Positions 7,548 through 17,541 are shown, counted from the first letter of the stretch. The stretch: DNA of 64,000 nt from a virus (IMGVR_UViG_3300032246_002821:32001-96000), one strand, 5' to 3'. A program made the numbers and translations. Notes: a model not told the origin generated them from the sequence alone.

Positions 7548-10500
7548 TCAGAAGCGCCAGTCTAGACCTATCATACCAGTTGTGTTGGTATAGTGGTTGC
7601 CTCTTGCATAACTGATGCTGGCATTCACGCTGATGTCATCAGTCAGCTTCTCCTTGACAGTGGCTTTGATACTCTTGACATTACCAAAGTCCTTGGTCTG
7701 TGTGCTACGAGCTTCAACAGCAACATTGTCGTTGAACTCATATCTCAAACCTACATAGGGATTGGCTTGGATAGTGGTCTTGGCTGCTGGTGCAGTTGCT
7801 AACAGAGCATTACTGTCCCAGGCATTTGACACACTGCTGCGGACAACTGTTACACCAGCCAGTGGACGGAATCCCCACAGTGTATCAGCTGCATAAACAG
7901 TTAGATCACCATAAGTGTTGGTCTGTGCTGCTTTGCTTACACCACCGAAACCTATGTCTTGTAGACTGGTCTGTGTGGTGTAAACACCCTTGCTCATGCC
8001 CAATGTGCCTTTGATCCAAACATAGTCTTGCTTGGATAGAAGATAGATAGCACCAGCATAGGTGTCGCCGCTTGTGCGAGTGTTGACAAATCCAGCACTC
8101 TCACTGTTGCTAGCACGGAAAGCAAAACCAGTAGTGTTGTTCTCCGCAGTCTGTTGCCAGCCACCTGAAAAATTCTTGCTGTTCATGCGACCAGTTGTAG
8201 TAGTACGATCAAAGCTGGGAGTGATCCAAGCACCGTCTTTTGTGCTGAGAGCATCAACGATGAACGGATTGGTTCTGTTGGCTTTCATCACATCTGACAT
8301 AGCACCCACATTGGCTGTACGTGTAGTAACATATGGATTAGCCACTACCTGTGTACCAGTCACAGTGTTGGTTGATACTTGGTTACTGATAGTAGTCGTG
8401 CTAGCCACACTATTACTTGTACTAGTTGACTGTGTAGTTGAACCATTGCTAGTGACAGTTGACCCATCGCTGTAGGTTGTTACAGTAGTAGGGGTAGTAT
8501 CAGTTACAGTTGTCACTGGAGTAGTATTTGTAACAACGGTAGTTATTGGAGTAGTTGTAGTGATCACTGTGCTGAACGGTGTGCTGGTTGTTATAGTAAC
8601 AGTTCTAGTTACTACTAGATTGCTGCCCTGTCGCTGTCCAGCAAATGCTGATCCTGTAGTGATGGTTGGTGTCCCAGTTGTGATATTAGCAACCTGCACA
8701 GGAGTACCTGGTGTGCTGGTAGTGGTTGTAACTGTTGTACCATTTGTTGATGTTGTTGTTACAACTGGATTACCTGGAGCAGTTCCTGTTATATAAACAC
8801 TTGGTCTCCATTCGACACTTACTAGATTATTGTTCTGTGTAAGTGTCCAGTTCACACCAGCTACTGTACCGCTTGTTGTGACAAACGCACCAGTGATACT
8901 GCCGCTGGCATTGATCACATTCACATAAGGACTGTTCAGTACTACATTAGTCGATGTGTTACCCACTATCTGTGGAGTATATGTGGCATTTGTTCCCAAT
9001 GTCAACATACCATTTACAGTCAATTGACCATAAGCAACACCATTGAACCAAGTAGTGATATTGCCATTGCTGGTCATATCACCGTTTACCACAGTGTTAG
9101 CACCCGCACCAATCGCAAGTGTTCCATTGTTAGTAACAGTTACGGCATTGATACCAACGCCCAGGTTGTCAGTTAATGTGCTGCCTGTGTTGATGTTCAC
9201 TGCCGATAATGGTTGGAAAGTAAACGCTCTTGGGAAGTTGCCATATGTGCCTGAGGGTGCACCTGTGTTAGCAGGATCGCCTAAGTTGCCAGCAAGTGTA
9301 GTTGTTGCTGTGGTAGCATTAGTTCCAATGTTTACCACTGCGGTGCTGTCAGTTGTGCGAACTGCACCAGCAACTGAACCAGTTCCTAGTTGATTAAGCA
9401 CACCATTAGTTGATAACTGGACATCACCAGTGATAGTTCCGGCATTGTTGATAATCGCTCCAGTGTTTGTACCTAGATTGATTATGGCTATACCGCTGTT
9501 GCCAGTGATAGTGCCTGTAGCATTATTGTTGATAGTGCTGCCTGCTGTGGTGTTGATAAAGTCTACACCAACATCGCCAGTGATGCTGCCATTGTTATTA
9601 ATCGTAGCATTATTGCCCATAAGTACTGCTGGCATACTATTAGTGCCAGTTGGTGTGCTAGTGATGCTACCGTCGTTGTTTAGTACTGTATTACCATATC
9701 CCATCATAACAACACCGTCGCCATTAGTAACTGCGATAGTACCAGTTGCTGTGTTATTAACTGTCGCTGTGCCTGTGCTGCCGGTGCCATTGAAACTAGT
9801 TACGATGCCGTGTGCTGAATAGCCATTGCCCAGCAGTGTGTTACCGCTAGTGTTAGCAGTGATATCGCCGCTGTTTGTCACTGTGATGTTGCTAGTAGTA
9901 TTAGTACCCTGCTGAGCATTGATGCCAGTGCCGTTGTCTGTAGTGATAGTTCCAGCATTAGTGATAGTGGTTGTGCCAGCATTTGTACTATTGATACCAT
10001 TGCTGTTAGCACCTGTGACGTTAATCGTACCGTTGTTTGTGATGGTACCATCTGTAGGCTGTCCTAATGTAAAGGTAGTAGTTGTACCTGTGGGATTAGT
10101 GCTGGTTGTAGCAGCAGGAGCACCGTTGGGATTGTTTGTGCTCATTGTGCTGTTATAACCACCAGCAGTTCCGCTAGTTGTACCACCAGTTGCACTTGGT
10201 CCGCCACCGTTCTGGTTGGCTACCAGACCTACTGTGCTCTGTCCTGGTGTACCGCTGCTGTTGACGATACAGGCATTGCTACCGCCCCAAGCACCCTGAC
10301 AAGCACCAAAGCCTGGGCTGCTTGTCCAACCCTGTGCCGTGATGCCATTGTAAGGACCAAACTCTGGATTGTACAGCCTGTTGTTGCCAGCACCGTTCAC
10401 TGTCAGTGTGGGCGCACGATACCAAGGACCGTAATCTCCTGCCCAATATGAACCGTCGATACCATACATGCTGACCTTGGCATAGGCCACCGTCGCTGCC

Positions 10501-10889
10501 TGTGCTTGAGTCAATGTCTTGCTGATGGCCAGTGTGGTCCAGGGCACAGCGGGATCGATCTGCGGATTGCCGCCCAGTGCATTAGGGTTAGGCAAGTTGT
10601 TGCTGAAGCTGGTGTTAGCACTGGTAACCAGTGCATTACCACTGGTGAAGAACTCGATCTTTACGTTAGCAGTGTCTGATTGTCCTGCACGGCCGCCACC
10701 GTTATGTGCCAGGACACTAAAGTCGAAAGTACCACCCTGTTGCATAGTGCTGTCGAACACCACGAACTGGCTGATGGTAGTAGTCACATAAGCTGTGGCT
10801 ATACTGTTGTAAACTTGCTGTGCTGATGCTTCTCCGGCTACAAATAAGCCAGCAATCAAAGCACAGGCTTTGATTAGATTCTTAATCAC
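7548..10889 (-). CDS. Autotransporter-like adhesin: signal peptide, lectin-like N-domain, Asn/Thr/Gly beta-helix repeats, Thr-rich stalk, C-terminal beta-barrel
   Basis: Signal peptide ending AGEASA-QQ, repeated ITNxGTI units, alternating hydrophobic C-terminal strands ending ...MIGLDWRF; GTG start behind GGAGAG. Confidence 0.75.
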   Translation of the reverse strand: MIKNLIKACALIAGLFVAGEASAQQVYNSIATAYVTTTISQFVVFDSTMQQGGTFDFSVLAHNGGGRAGQSDTANVKIEFFTSGNALVTSANTSFSNNLPNPNALGGNPQIDPAVPWTTLAISKTLTQAQAATVAYAKVSMYGIDGSYWAGDYGPWYRAPTLTVNGAGNNRLYNPEFGPYNGITAQGWTSSPGFGACQGAWGGSNACIVNSSGTPGQSTVGLVANQNGGGPSATGGTTSGTAGGYNSTMSTNNPNGAPAATTSTNPTGTTTTFTLGQPTDGTITNNGTINVTGANSNGINSTNAGTTTITNAGTITTDNGTGINAQQGTNTTSNITVTNSGDITANTSGNTLLGNGYSAHGIVTSFNGTGSTGTATVNNTATGTIAVTNGDGVVMMGYGNTVLNNDGSITSTPTGTNSMPAVLMGNNATINNNGSITGDVGVDFINTTAGSTINNNATGTITGNSGIAIINLGTNTGAIINNAGTITGDVQLSTNGVLNQLGTGSVAGAVRTTDSTAVVNIGTNATTATTTLAGNLGDPANTGAPSGTYGNFPRAFTFQPLSAVNINTGSTLTDNLGVGINAVTVTNNGTLAIGAGANTVVNGDMTSNGNITTWFNGVAYGQLTVNGMLTLGTNATYTPQIVGNTSTNVVLNSPYVNVINASGSITGAFVTTSGTVAGVNWTLTQNNNLVSVEWRPSVYITGTAPGNPVVTTTSTNGTTVTTTTSTPGTPVQVANITTGTPTITTGSAFAGQRQGSNLVVTRTVTITTSTPFSTVITTTTPITTVVTNTTPVTTVTDTTPTTVTTYSDGSTVTSNGSTTQSTSTSNSVASTTTISNQVSTNTVTGTQVVANPYVTTRTANVGAMSDVMKANRTNPFIVDALSTKDGAWITPSFDRTTTTGRMNSKNFSGGWQQTAENNTTGFAFRASNSESAGFVNTRTSGDTYAGAIYLLSKQDYVWIKGTLGMSKGVYTTQTSLQDIGFGGVSKAAQTNTYGDLTVYAADTLWGFRPLAGVTVVRSSVSNAWDSNALLATAPAAKTTIQANPYVGLRYEFNDNVAVEARSTQTKDFGNVKSIKATVKEKLTDDISVNASISYARGNHYTNTTGMIGLDWRF

Positions 10890-10970
10890 AATTCTCTCCA
10901 AAATAATTGATTTTGTCGAGTTTTTCTTTTACTTTAGATTGAATCGTTGATTAAAAATGAATGTTGTTGA

Positions 10971-10994
10971 GTGCCTGACATATTTATCAGGCAC
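10971..10994 (-). promoter_or_regulatory. Hairpin with a TAAATA late-type promoter element in its loop
   Basis: gtgcctga-catattta-tcaggcac inverted repeat upstream of the autotransporter. Confidence 0.5.
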
Positions 10995-11005
10995 CGCAAC
11001 ATCTT

Positions 11006-11395
11006 TTATGCTACTTTAAGGTCTGAACCCACTTCAGCGTAGCTTTTACGGGCTTTCTTGCCTGCTACCTCAATCTTGTCTGACTCGATCTTGTGATTGA
11101 GTTCGTCGATTCTGCTAAGACTGTTTTCCACTTTAGCATCAGCTTCTGCAACTGCCAACTTTTGTTCAGCGATCTTTAGATCACGACGACGAAGTTCCAC
11201 GTCATATACAGCACGTTCCAGATTGCGGCTGTGTTCTATATCTTCCATGCTAACTGGCAGATCACTGACCATGTCGTTACGCATTTCCTTTTTAATATAC
11301 CAGGCATAAATCTTTAGTATAAAGTACCAGACAGTGCTGGTGGCAATGACAGCTAGTGTAAAACTTGCGCCGTCTATTTTATTGATGATATCCAT
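11006..11395 (-). CDS. Membrane-anchored coiled-coil hypothetical protein
   Basis: N-terminal TM followed by a charged coiled coil. Confidence 0.65.
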   Translation of the reverse strand: MDIINKIDGASFTLAVIATSTVWYFILKIYAWYIKKEMRNDMVSDLPVSMEDIEHSRNLERAVYDVELRRRDLKIAEQKLAVAEADAKVENSLSRIDELNHKIESDKIEVAGKKARKSYAEVGSDLKVA

Positions 11396-11431
11396 ATTTG
11401 ATCTCCACTTGGATCAATTATATAGCTGTGA

Positions 11432-11896
11432 TTATATGCGCCTATAAAAATAATGGCCGCCTATCTGCGCCGTTTTTACCAGTCTGGGATCGCGAAACGG
11501 ACGATTGTTGAAAAATTCAGCACTGTTGCTGACATCAGTATGAAAGCCCAGCATAACTAGTTCTGCACTGGCCAAACTGCGCTCATATTGCTCTTGGCGT
11601 GTGATTATCAGGGTTTTATCGCAGGCGAATGTGAATTGACAACGGCCCTGCCAGCGTTGGTACACAACATTGCAGATGGTATTGCCATAACGACCGCTGT
11701 TAACCCTGTTCATAATAACTTTGCCCACAGCAATGCGGCCAATATCCGATTCATTACCTGCTTCAAAATATATGGCTGTGGCCATACATTGCAGTTGTTT
11801 TGCATCGGGTTTGGGCGCGGTCCAACTAAACCATTCTGCCTGTGCTGTGTTTAAGCCGATGATTAAGGTTATCACAGCAATGTAAAATCTAATCAT
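11432..11896 (-). CDS. Cell wall hydrolase, SleB/Hydrolase_2 family
   Basis: CMATAIYFEAG.E...G..AV..VIMNRV, VVYQ, CQFT, IGGHYFY; signal peptide; start MIRF behind AAAGGAGG. Confidence 0.9.
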   Translation of the reverse strand: MIRFYIAVITLIIGLNTAQAEWFSWTAPKPDAKQLQCMATAIYFEAGNESDIGRIAVGKVIMNRVNSGRYGNTICNVVYQRWQGRCQFTFACDKTLIITRQEQYERSLASAELVMLGFHTDVSNSAEFFNNRPFRDPRLVKTAQIGGHYFYRRI

Positions 11897-12114
11897 ATTA
11901 CCTCCTTTGGTATTCCGCAGACAGTTGTCCTGGGAATATATAGGGTCAGCGATTAATGGAAAATCTAGCAAGTTAGGCGCACAAGGCCGAGTGTGCTGAC
12001 ACTGTTGTTCAGACTGTTGTGTCACGAGGCTGTCTGATGTAGCCCTACCTGGTAGACCAGGAATTGTTTTAACTGCGTATCAGCCGCTTACGCAAGCTGG
12101 TTGTACTGGTATTT

Positions 12115-12410
12115 AGTGGCCCGTTCTGTTGCCGGGTGGAGCCATACCCCTGGTGGTTACGCTGCTAGAGCGAACTCCTGAGTAGCAAAGTTATCGTTTG
12201 CATTTGTCATTTTGCTTTCTGTCTCAGCTGGTCTTTATCACACCTGTCGATCCTATTTCGCCCCCATCAAAGATACACTGACTCGAAACAGTGCCGGCCA
12301 GTCACCTATCAGTTAGTGGTGTGCTATCCAGTGTATCTATGGTGGAGGCGCCGGAGTACTGCCCTCCGGGTCCAGTGAGTTTATTCCACTTCGCCTCAAC
12401 GACATAAGCA
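12115..12410 (-). ncRNA. ssrA: Two-piece (circularly permuted) alphaproteobacterial-type tmRNA
   Basis: Acceptor piece ends GGACCCGGAG-GGCAGTA-CTCCGG-CGCCTCC-ACCA at 12340. The intervening segment 12339-12266 is closed by the 10-bp stem agatacactg/cagtgtatct. The coding piece starts GGGGGCGAAATAGGATCGAC at 12265 (G3-U70 pair). Tag frame 12201-12157 reads ANDNFATQEFALAA*. Outer ends are approximate. Confidence 0.93.
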
Positions 12411-12413
12411 TAT

Positions 12414-12421
12414 TATTTATA
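12414..12421 (-). promoter_or_regulatory. T4-type late promoter TATAAATA in front of the tmRNA
   Basis: Exact TATAAATA a few nt upstream of the inferred tmRNA precursor 5' end. Confidence 0.65.
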
Positions 12422-12440
12422 GCATTAAATGTGTAGTATG

Positions 12441-15400
12441 TCAACTATTTCTGGGCGATACATCAAATTGACCGTCGGGCCCTGAACCGCCCCAACCAGT
12501 TGTTTCGTTTCTGTCCATTCCAGTTTTCATTGTTTTGAGTATGGCCTGGAATTGGTTACGTATCTTGTCCAGCAAAGGAGCCAACACCTGGCTTCCCAAC
12601 AATGTGGTGCCCAATGCATCCACATTGGATGGTGTCACTTGGCTGAGCATCTCCAACATACCATATACCATCTGATCTGTCAGGAAGGGATTATCATATT
12701 TGGTTGTACCGATGCTGCCGTATAGGATTTTATTACACAGGCTCAGCATCGTGCCCACGAACATCTCATTATTGGTCAGTAATAACCCTTTTTCGTCTAT
12801 GGTGGCAAACAGGTTCTGGCTACGGTTCAGTCCCACCACATAGCACTTGTTACCGATGACCAGTGTATTACGGCCTACAACTTGGCTCAACACATCCATA
12901 CCTATGGTTTTCTTTACCTGCTCGCTGGTGTTGGCCCATTGTATGTCGTAATATGCTTCGTCGGCCTGTGCAGGCAACATATGAGCAGGATCGTTTCCGC
13001 TGTTGATCAATGCTGTATTTCTCAACTGTATATAGATGTCATCTGGATTTTGTGGTGCAGGAGGATCCAACAACACATCAGGCACTATGGGCATTTCGCC
13101 ATTGTAAACAGTCTGGGCGAAACCATAGGGATCATTGTAATATTTGCTCCTGGGCAGATCGAATCGACCTGTGTCTATACCCAGCTCTGTCAATAATTCT
13201 TTGTTTTTACCCTGACGCATAGCTGCTTTTATGCTGTCTCCCCAGATGTCATCGGTGGCAACTCGTTCGAGGAAATGTCCCATTTCTCCATAACCCATAT
13301 TCATTCCGTGATAGGGCAGCTGGCTTGCGAACACGAATGCGTTGGTGGGGTTCTGATCCAGTCCATCTGTGTTGAAATGATCTATACCGAAAGTCTTGCT
13401 CATATGGTTTTCTTTAAGCAACTGAGCACAACTGGCCAAATGCGCTGCTTCGCTGGCAGCAAGCAGTTTTTTCAATGTGGGATCAGTCGTGTTTTTTATC
13501 ACAGTCAGCTGTGCTTCCACATAAGGGATGAAATCTGTAAGACAAGCGTCCAGACTGGTATAAACTATACCATCATAAGGGGTGGTGCCGAAATCGTGGA
13601 TCACTGGCAGACCAGTTGCACCCAGCGGCACTGCATTGCCATCAGCATCTGTGACATTGCTCAGATATTGAGTGCTGGTGCTGGTATCTCCAGTGATGGG
13701 ATTGGTTATAGTTTTGGTTGGCAGTGTACCTGTCAAACCTCCTGTCAAACTGTTGCTGACATCCGCTGCGTTCACCACTTTTGTCAGTTTATTAGTGGGA
13801 GCACCAGCCCAGGGCACACTCACTTTAGGTGTGATAACGATAGTGTCCACATTAGTGCTGCCAGCTGGAGGTGTGCCTCCACCTGATACACTTGTTCCGT
13901 CAGGAGCAGGTACATTATAGAGACCGTTTATTATGTTGTGCATGATATTCAATCTGCGTTGAAGTTCCTGCCCATCAGTGGTGGCCATCACCGCATCATT
14001 GGCCGCGATGATATGTGGCAGAGTGTCGTTATGCACATAACCAGCACAAGTACCCATGAAATCTGCCATAGTTATTTCGCCTATGGTACCGCCACCGAAA
14101 CCATATGTGCTCTGTATCTCGTCTACGGCAGGCTGATAGTATGGCGTGCTCATCTGGCTCACGTGGTTCAGATCCAGGCCAGGATCCACTTTGCTCAACA
14201 CCATACCCACCTGTTGGAAATTTTCAGCTCTGGTGATGCCCAGGCTCATGAAGTGTTCGCCCAGTTCTTTGAAGTTATTGTGCGGACTGCTCTGGCTCAT
14301 ATTGGGCATCATGGTCTTGTAATCTGTCAGCTGTCCCAGATGTGTAACAGGTGTGCTCACATTGAAATGGCTGCTGACACTAGCCACTGCTGTGGGATCG
14401 CTGATCTGTGTCAGCACATTCTGCACACTCTTGTCGTACCTGGGATCATCCACGCCTGCCAGAGGCACACCAGCTGTGACCAATTTGGTAGTGAGACCTG
14501 TCTTGGTTCCCAGACCAGCATTGAGTATCTGATTGGCCACGTTGCCAGGTTGCATAAGCCTGGTGGGATTACTGGTGCTGAATGTGCCCATATTCAGCAT
14601 ATCAGTGCTGGCGCCAGCAAGATTCCTGGTTAGACTGGTCACTCCATAACTTAGCACATCATTCATATTGCGGAAATTGGCCCCCAACGCACCAGGACCT
14701 TGGGTACCGAATTTTGCCGCACTGGCTTCACTAGCTGCGCCCACCATCTGATTGGCTATGCCGCTATAAGCGTTGGATACGCCCAGATTGTTCATCATTG
14801 CATTGAGGCCGCCGCCCACTGCACCCCCCACCATATTATTGGCCACGTTCTTGATCATACCCTGGAGTCCACCATTGGCCGCGAACTGCTGCATCACGTT
14901 GGGCAGATTCATGGGATTTTGCATTATTGCATTGAGGGGCGCCATCAGTTGTCCCAGTGCTCCATTGATAGCACCATTTGCGATGCCAGCCAGCTGTGGT
15001 GGCAACACTCCTGTGAGGCTGGGTAGTATGCTACCGCCCAGTTGGCTTATCTGTTGCATTATGGGGCCAGTGATGCTGCTCATAGCACTGCCCAATGCTC
15101 CCTGAGCGAATCCACCCAGGCCCTGCCCGCTCATTATGCCGCTGATGCCGCCCTGCAAGGCACCCTTCATCATATCGCCAGCCACACCTGTGATCCCAGC
15201 TGCTCCCAGCGCATTGGTCAACTGGCTGGTCAGTCCATTGGTTGCCATTCCCAGTGCGTTCTGTAATCCAGCTGCGCTCATGAGACTGGCGGGATTCATC
15301 CCGCTGCTGGCACAGCCAGCACCTCCCGCGCCTGGTGCGCCGGGCATACCAGGAGGACCTCCTGCTGCACCAGCAGGTGGTTTGGCATTGGGATCTATGT

Positions 15401-15950
15401 TTTGATCAATGAGGCTGTTTGTACCTGTACCAGCCACTTTAGCACTGTCACCGCCATTGCTGTTTAATTGATCTGCCCAGGTGGTTTTGCTGTTGTTGGT
15501 AAACCCTTGCAAACCACTCACATACTGGGCTAATTCTGCATCACTTGCACCATTTTTCACCAGTTCGCCATATTTTTGCACCGCTTGGCAATTACCACAG
15601 GCGTAACTCATTGCCACACCGATAGCCTGGGCATTGGGACTGGCGTTCTCGATGGCACCACCGCTTGCTTTATAAATGTTCTGATAGTACTGATCGCTGG
15701 CTTGGTATTGCAGTGTAGCCAGTGCTGTAGGTTGATCTATCTTGGTGTCTGGCGTGACAGTGGTCAATCGTCCTGTGTTGGGATCTATATACTGGCTGGT
15801 GCCTCCCACACGCCAGGCGCTGAAACTGCCGTCACGTACATTGGTATCAGCGTGAGCACTCAATAATTGACCACTTCTAGGGATAGCACCTTCGGTACTA
15901 TTGATAACTTTCATAGCCTGTACCAGGCCTGGTCCTTGTAGTGTTGCCAT
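12441..15950 (-). CDS. Large virion (baseplate/tail) protein with a putative N-terminal lysozyme-like domain
   Basis: 1169 aa within the PAAR operon; the N-terminus KVINSTEG..AHADT..WRVGG..VTPDTKID..A..L resembles the phage lysozyme layout; Gly/Ala/Met-rich middle. Confidence 0.6.
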   Translation of the reverse strand: MATLQGPGLVQAMKVINSTEGAIPRSGQLLSAHADTNVRDGSFSAWRVGGTSQYIDPNTGRLTTVTPDTKIDQPTALATLQYQASDQYYQNIYKASGGAIENASPNAQAIGVAMSYACGNCQAVQKYGELVKNGASDAELAQYVSGLQGFTNNSKTTWADQLNSNGGDSAKVAGTGTNSLIDQNIDPNAKPPAGAAGGPPGMPGAPGAGGAGCASSGMNPASLMSAAGLQNALGMATNGLTSQLTNALGAAGITGVAGDMMKGALQGGISGIMSGQGLGGFAQGALGSAMSSITGPIMQQISQLGGSILPSLTGVLPPQLAGIANGAINGALGQLMAPLNAIMQNPMNLPNVMQQFAANGGLQGMIKNVANNMVGGAVGGGLNAMMNNLGVSNAYSGIANQMVGAASEASAAKFGTQGPGALGANFRNMNDVLSYGVTSLTRNLAGASTDMLNMGTFSTSNPTRLMQPGNVANQILNAGLGTKTGLTTKLVTAGVPLAGVDDPRYDKSVQNVLTQISDPTAVASVSSHFNVSTPVTHLGQLTDYKTMMPNMSQSSPHNNFKELGEHFMSLGITRAENFQQVGMVLSKVDPGLDLNHVSQMSTPYYQPAVDEIQSTYGFGGGTIGEITMADFMGTCAGYVHNDTLPHIIAANDAVMATTDGQELQRRLNIMHNIINGLYNVPAPDGTSVSGGGTPPAGSTNVDTIVITPKVSVPWAGAPTNKLTKVVNAADVSNSLTGGLTGTLPTKTITNPITGDTSTSTQYLSNVTDADGNAVPLGATGLPVIHDFGTTPYDGIVYTSLDACLTDFIPYVEAQLTVIKNTTDPTLKKLLAASEAAHLASCAQLLKENHMSKTFGIDHFNTDGLDQNPTNAFVFASQLPYHGMNMGYGEMGHFLERVATDDIWGDSIKAAMRQGKNKELLTELGIDTGRFDLPRSKYYNDPYGFAQTVYNGEMPIVPDVLLDPPAPQNPDDIYIQLRNTALINSGNDPAHMLPAQADEAYYDIQWANTSEQVKKTIGMDVLSQVVGRNTLVIGNKCYVVGLNRSQNLFATIDEKGLLLTNNEMFVGTMLSLCNKILYGSIGTTKYDNPFLTDQMVYGMLEMLSQVTPSNVDALGTTLLGSQVLAPLLDKIRNQFQAILKTMKTGMDRNETTGWGGSGPDGQFDVSPRNS

Positions 15951-17254
15951 TATGTACTAGTTCCTGATATGCTGGCGTAGAGATTGGTCAGAGCCGATCC
16001 TTTGACGCCCAAGTTTGCCAATTCCATGATATTGACACTGCTGGGATAAAACACCGGTGGGCTGAATTGGGCGGTGGCTGGCTCGAAAGTATCGCTGACA
16101 ACGTTTAGCACACCAGGTATGGCTATGGGTGCTCCAGTGCTACGCATATGTTTCAAACCAGGAGCCGGTACCCGTAATTTGGGATCTTGTGAGGCACCTA
16201 TGTTTACCACGCTGGTCTGAGCTAATATATCAGCACTGCCGCTCTTGCTGAAATATCCTTTGAGTGTTTGCTGGTCATCTGCCACGCTGGGAATAGATGC
16301 GCCCATCAGTCTTGCTATATGGTCGTGATTGGTGTATGGTTTAAGATTCTTCAAACCTTGCTGGAAATTTTCAGGTGCACTTTGGGCCAACTCTTGTAGT
16401 TGCTGGCTCATATGTAAACTGTCGTGTACGTAAGAAATATCGCTGCCGAATACCCTGGTATCGCTCTCGAAATCTCTTAGATGTGTACCGCCGGCATCGC
16501 TGCCAGCTATTCCTTGGCCGTGATTATATGTGGTTGTGAGGTTGCCACTTATGGCACTGTTATTAGCTATAGTAGCTGGTAGATGAACAAATATACCAGT
16601 GATGGGGTCTTGCATAGGTGGATGATAATTATGTACCATATCAGCACCGCTCAATAATCCACTAGTGGTAAAATCATAAAGGGGTTTATTAAAAGTATGT
16701 ATAGCGCCGCTGACATTCGCATCATTGCTTTGCAAAGATCTTTGTTTGTCGTAATTGTCCACGATCCAATAGCTGACATTACTTACAACACTCACACTGG
16801 GTTTTTCCAGGTATAGTTGTGTGTTGCTTACTATCATTCCCACACGGCCCAGGAAGATATTAGCCACGCTAGTGGTCACACTGATGTTGGGAATATACAA
16901 GTCCTGTCCTGTCTTGATATTTGCTATGAAATAAGTGTTGTATCCTGATACAGTGGCATTGGTGCCGTAGGTGGTGATGTTGCCCACGCTGTTGTAGTTG
17001 TATACCAAGTTGGGATAGAACTGGATAGCACGGTAGCTGCTGCCAGTTATGGCAACATTGGCATTAGCGGTTAAAACCATGCTGTTGTTGTTGCTGACAT
17101 AACTGACATAGCCCACAAACACCCCAGTGCTGTTGGCAATATAGCTGCCTCTGCTGAAGTTGTTGACAAATTTGGTGTTGGATCCAGTGACCACATTGCT
17201 TGTTTTACTACAAGTGACAGTGCCATTGGGACTCAGGTTGGCTGTATAAGGCAT
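15950..17254 (-). CDS. Virion structural protein (beta-rich N-terminus)
   Basis: Start MPYTANL overlaps the PAAR stop; three repeats of a V.G.NT.F....GxxIxxx motif. Confidence 0.65.
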   Translation of the reverse strand: MPYTANLSPNGTVTCSKTSNVVTGSNTKFVNNFSRGSYIANSTGVFVGYVSYVSNNNSMVLTANANVAITGSSYRAIQFYPNLVYNYNSVGNITTYGTNATVSGYNTYFIANIKTGQDLYIPNISVTTSVANIFLGRVGMIVSNTQLYLEKPSVSVVSNVSYWIVDNYDKQRSLQSNDANVSGAIHTFNKPLYDFTTSGLLSGADMVHNYHPPMQDPITGIFVHLPATIANNSAISGNLTTTYNHGQGIAGSDAGGTHLRDFESDTRVFGSDISYVHDSLHMSQQLQELAQSAPENFQQGLKNLKPYTNHDHIARLMGASIPSVADDQQTLKGYFSKSGSADILAQTSVVNIGASQDPKLRVPAPGLKHMRSTGAPIAIPGVLNVVSDTFEPATAQFSPPVFYPSSVNIMELANLGVKGSALTNLYASISGTST

Positions 17255-17541
17255 TAGGGTCCTATGATCACCTGGGCTTTTACTGGTATCATTTTGTGTT
17301 TGCAGATATCGTGATTGCCTAGATAAGCTGCTGGTCTGCCATTGATTATGACCGAATGGCTGCAATTCAAAACGATAGGATTGGGAGGATGTTTTCTTTT
17401 CTTGCCAGATGGATGCGGTGTAACCATATCGCCCTTGCGGCCAGCTGGTTTACCGTTAAAGATAGTATCCAAAGCACCCATAAATTGTTTACCACGTGCG
17501 GTATTAAAACTACCCAATACACTGGGAAAAAATCCTGCCAT
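17254..17541 (-). CDS. PAAR-domain baseplate spike tip protein (gp5.4-like)
   Basis: FNGKPAGRKGD..TPH and INGRPAAYLG..D.C.H motifs. Confidence 0.85.
   Translation of the reverse strand: MAGFFPSVLGSFNTARGKQFMGALDTIFNGKPAGRKGDMVTPHPSGKKRKHPPNPIVLNCSHSVIINGRPAAYLGNHDICKHKMIPVKAQVIIGP

Noticed and set aside
8062-10791. Several plus-strand Val/Leu/Pro-rich ORFs opposite the autotransporter
   Set aside because: Artefacts of the reverse complement of Thr/Asn/Gly-rich codons
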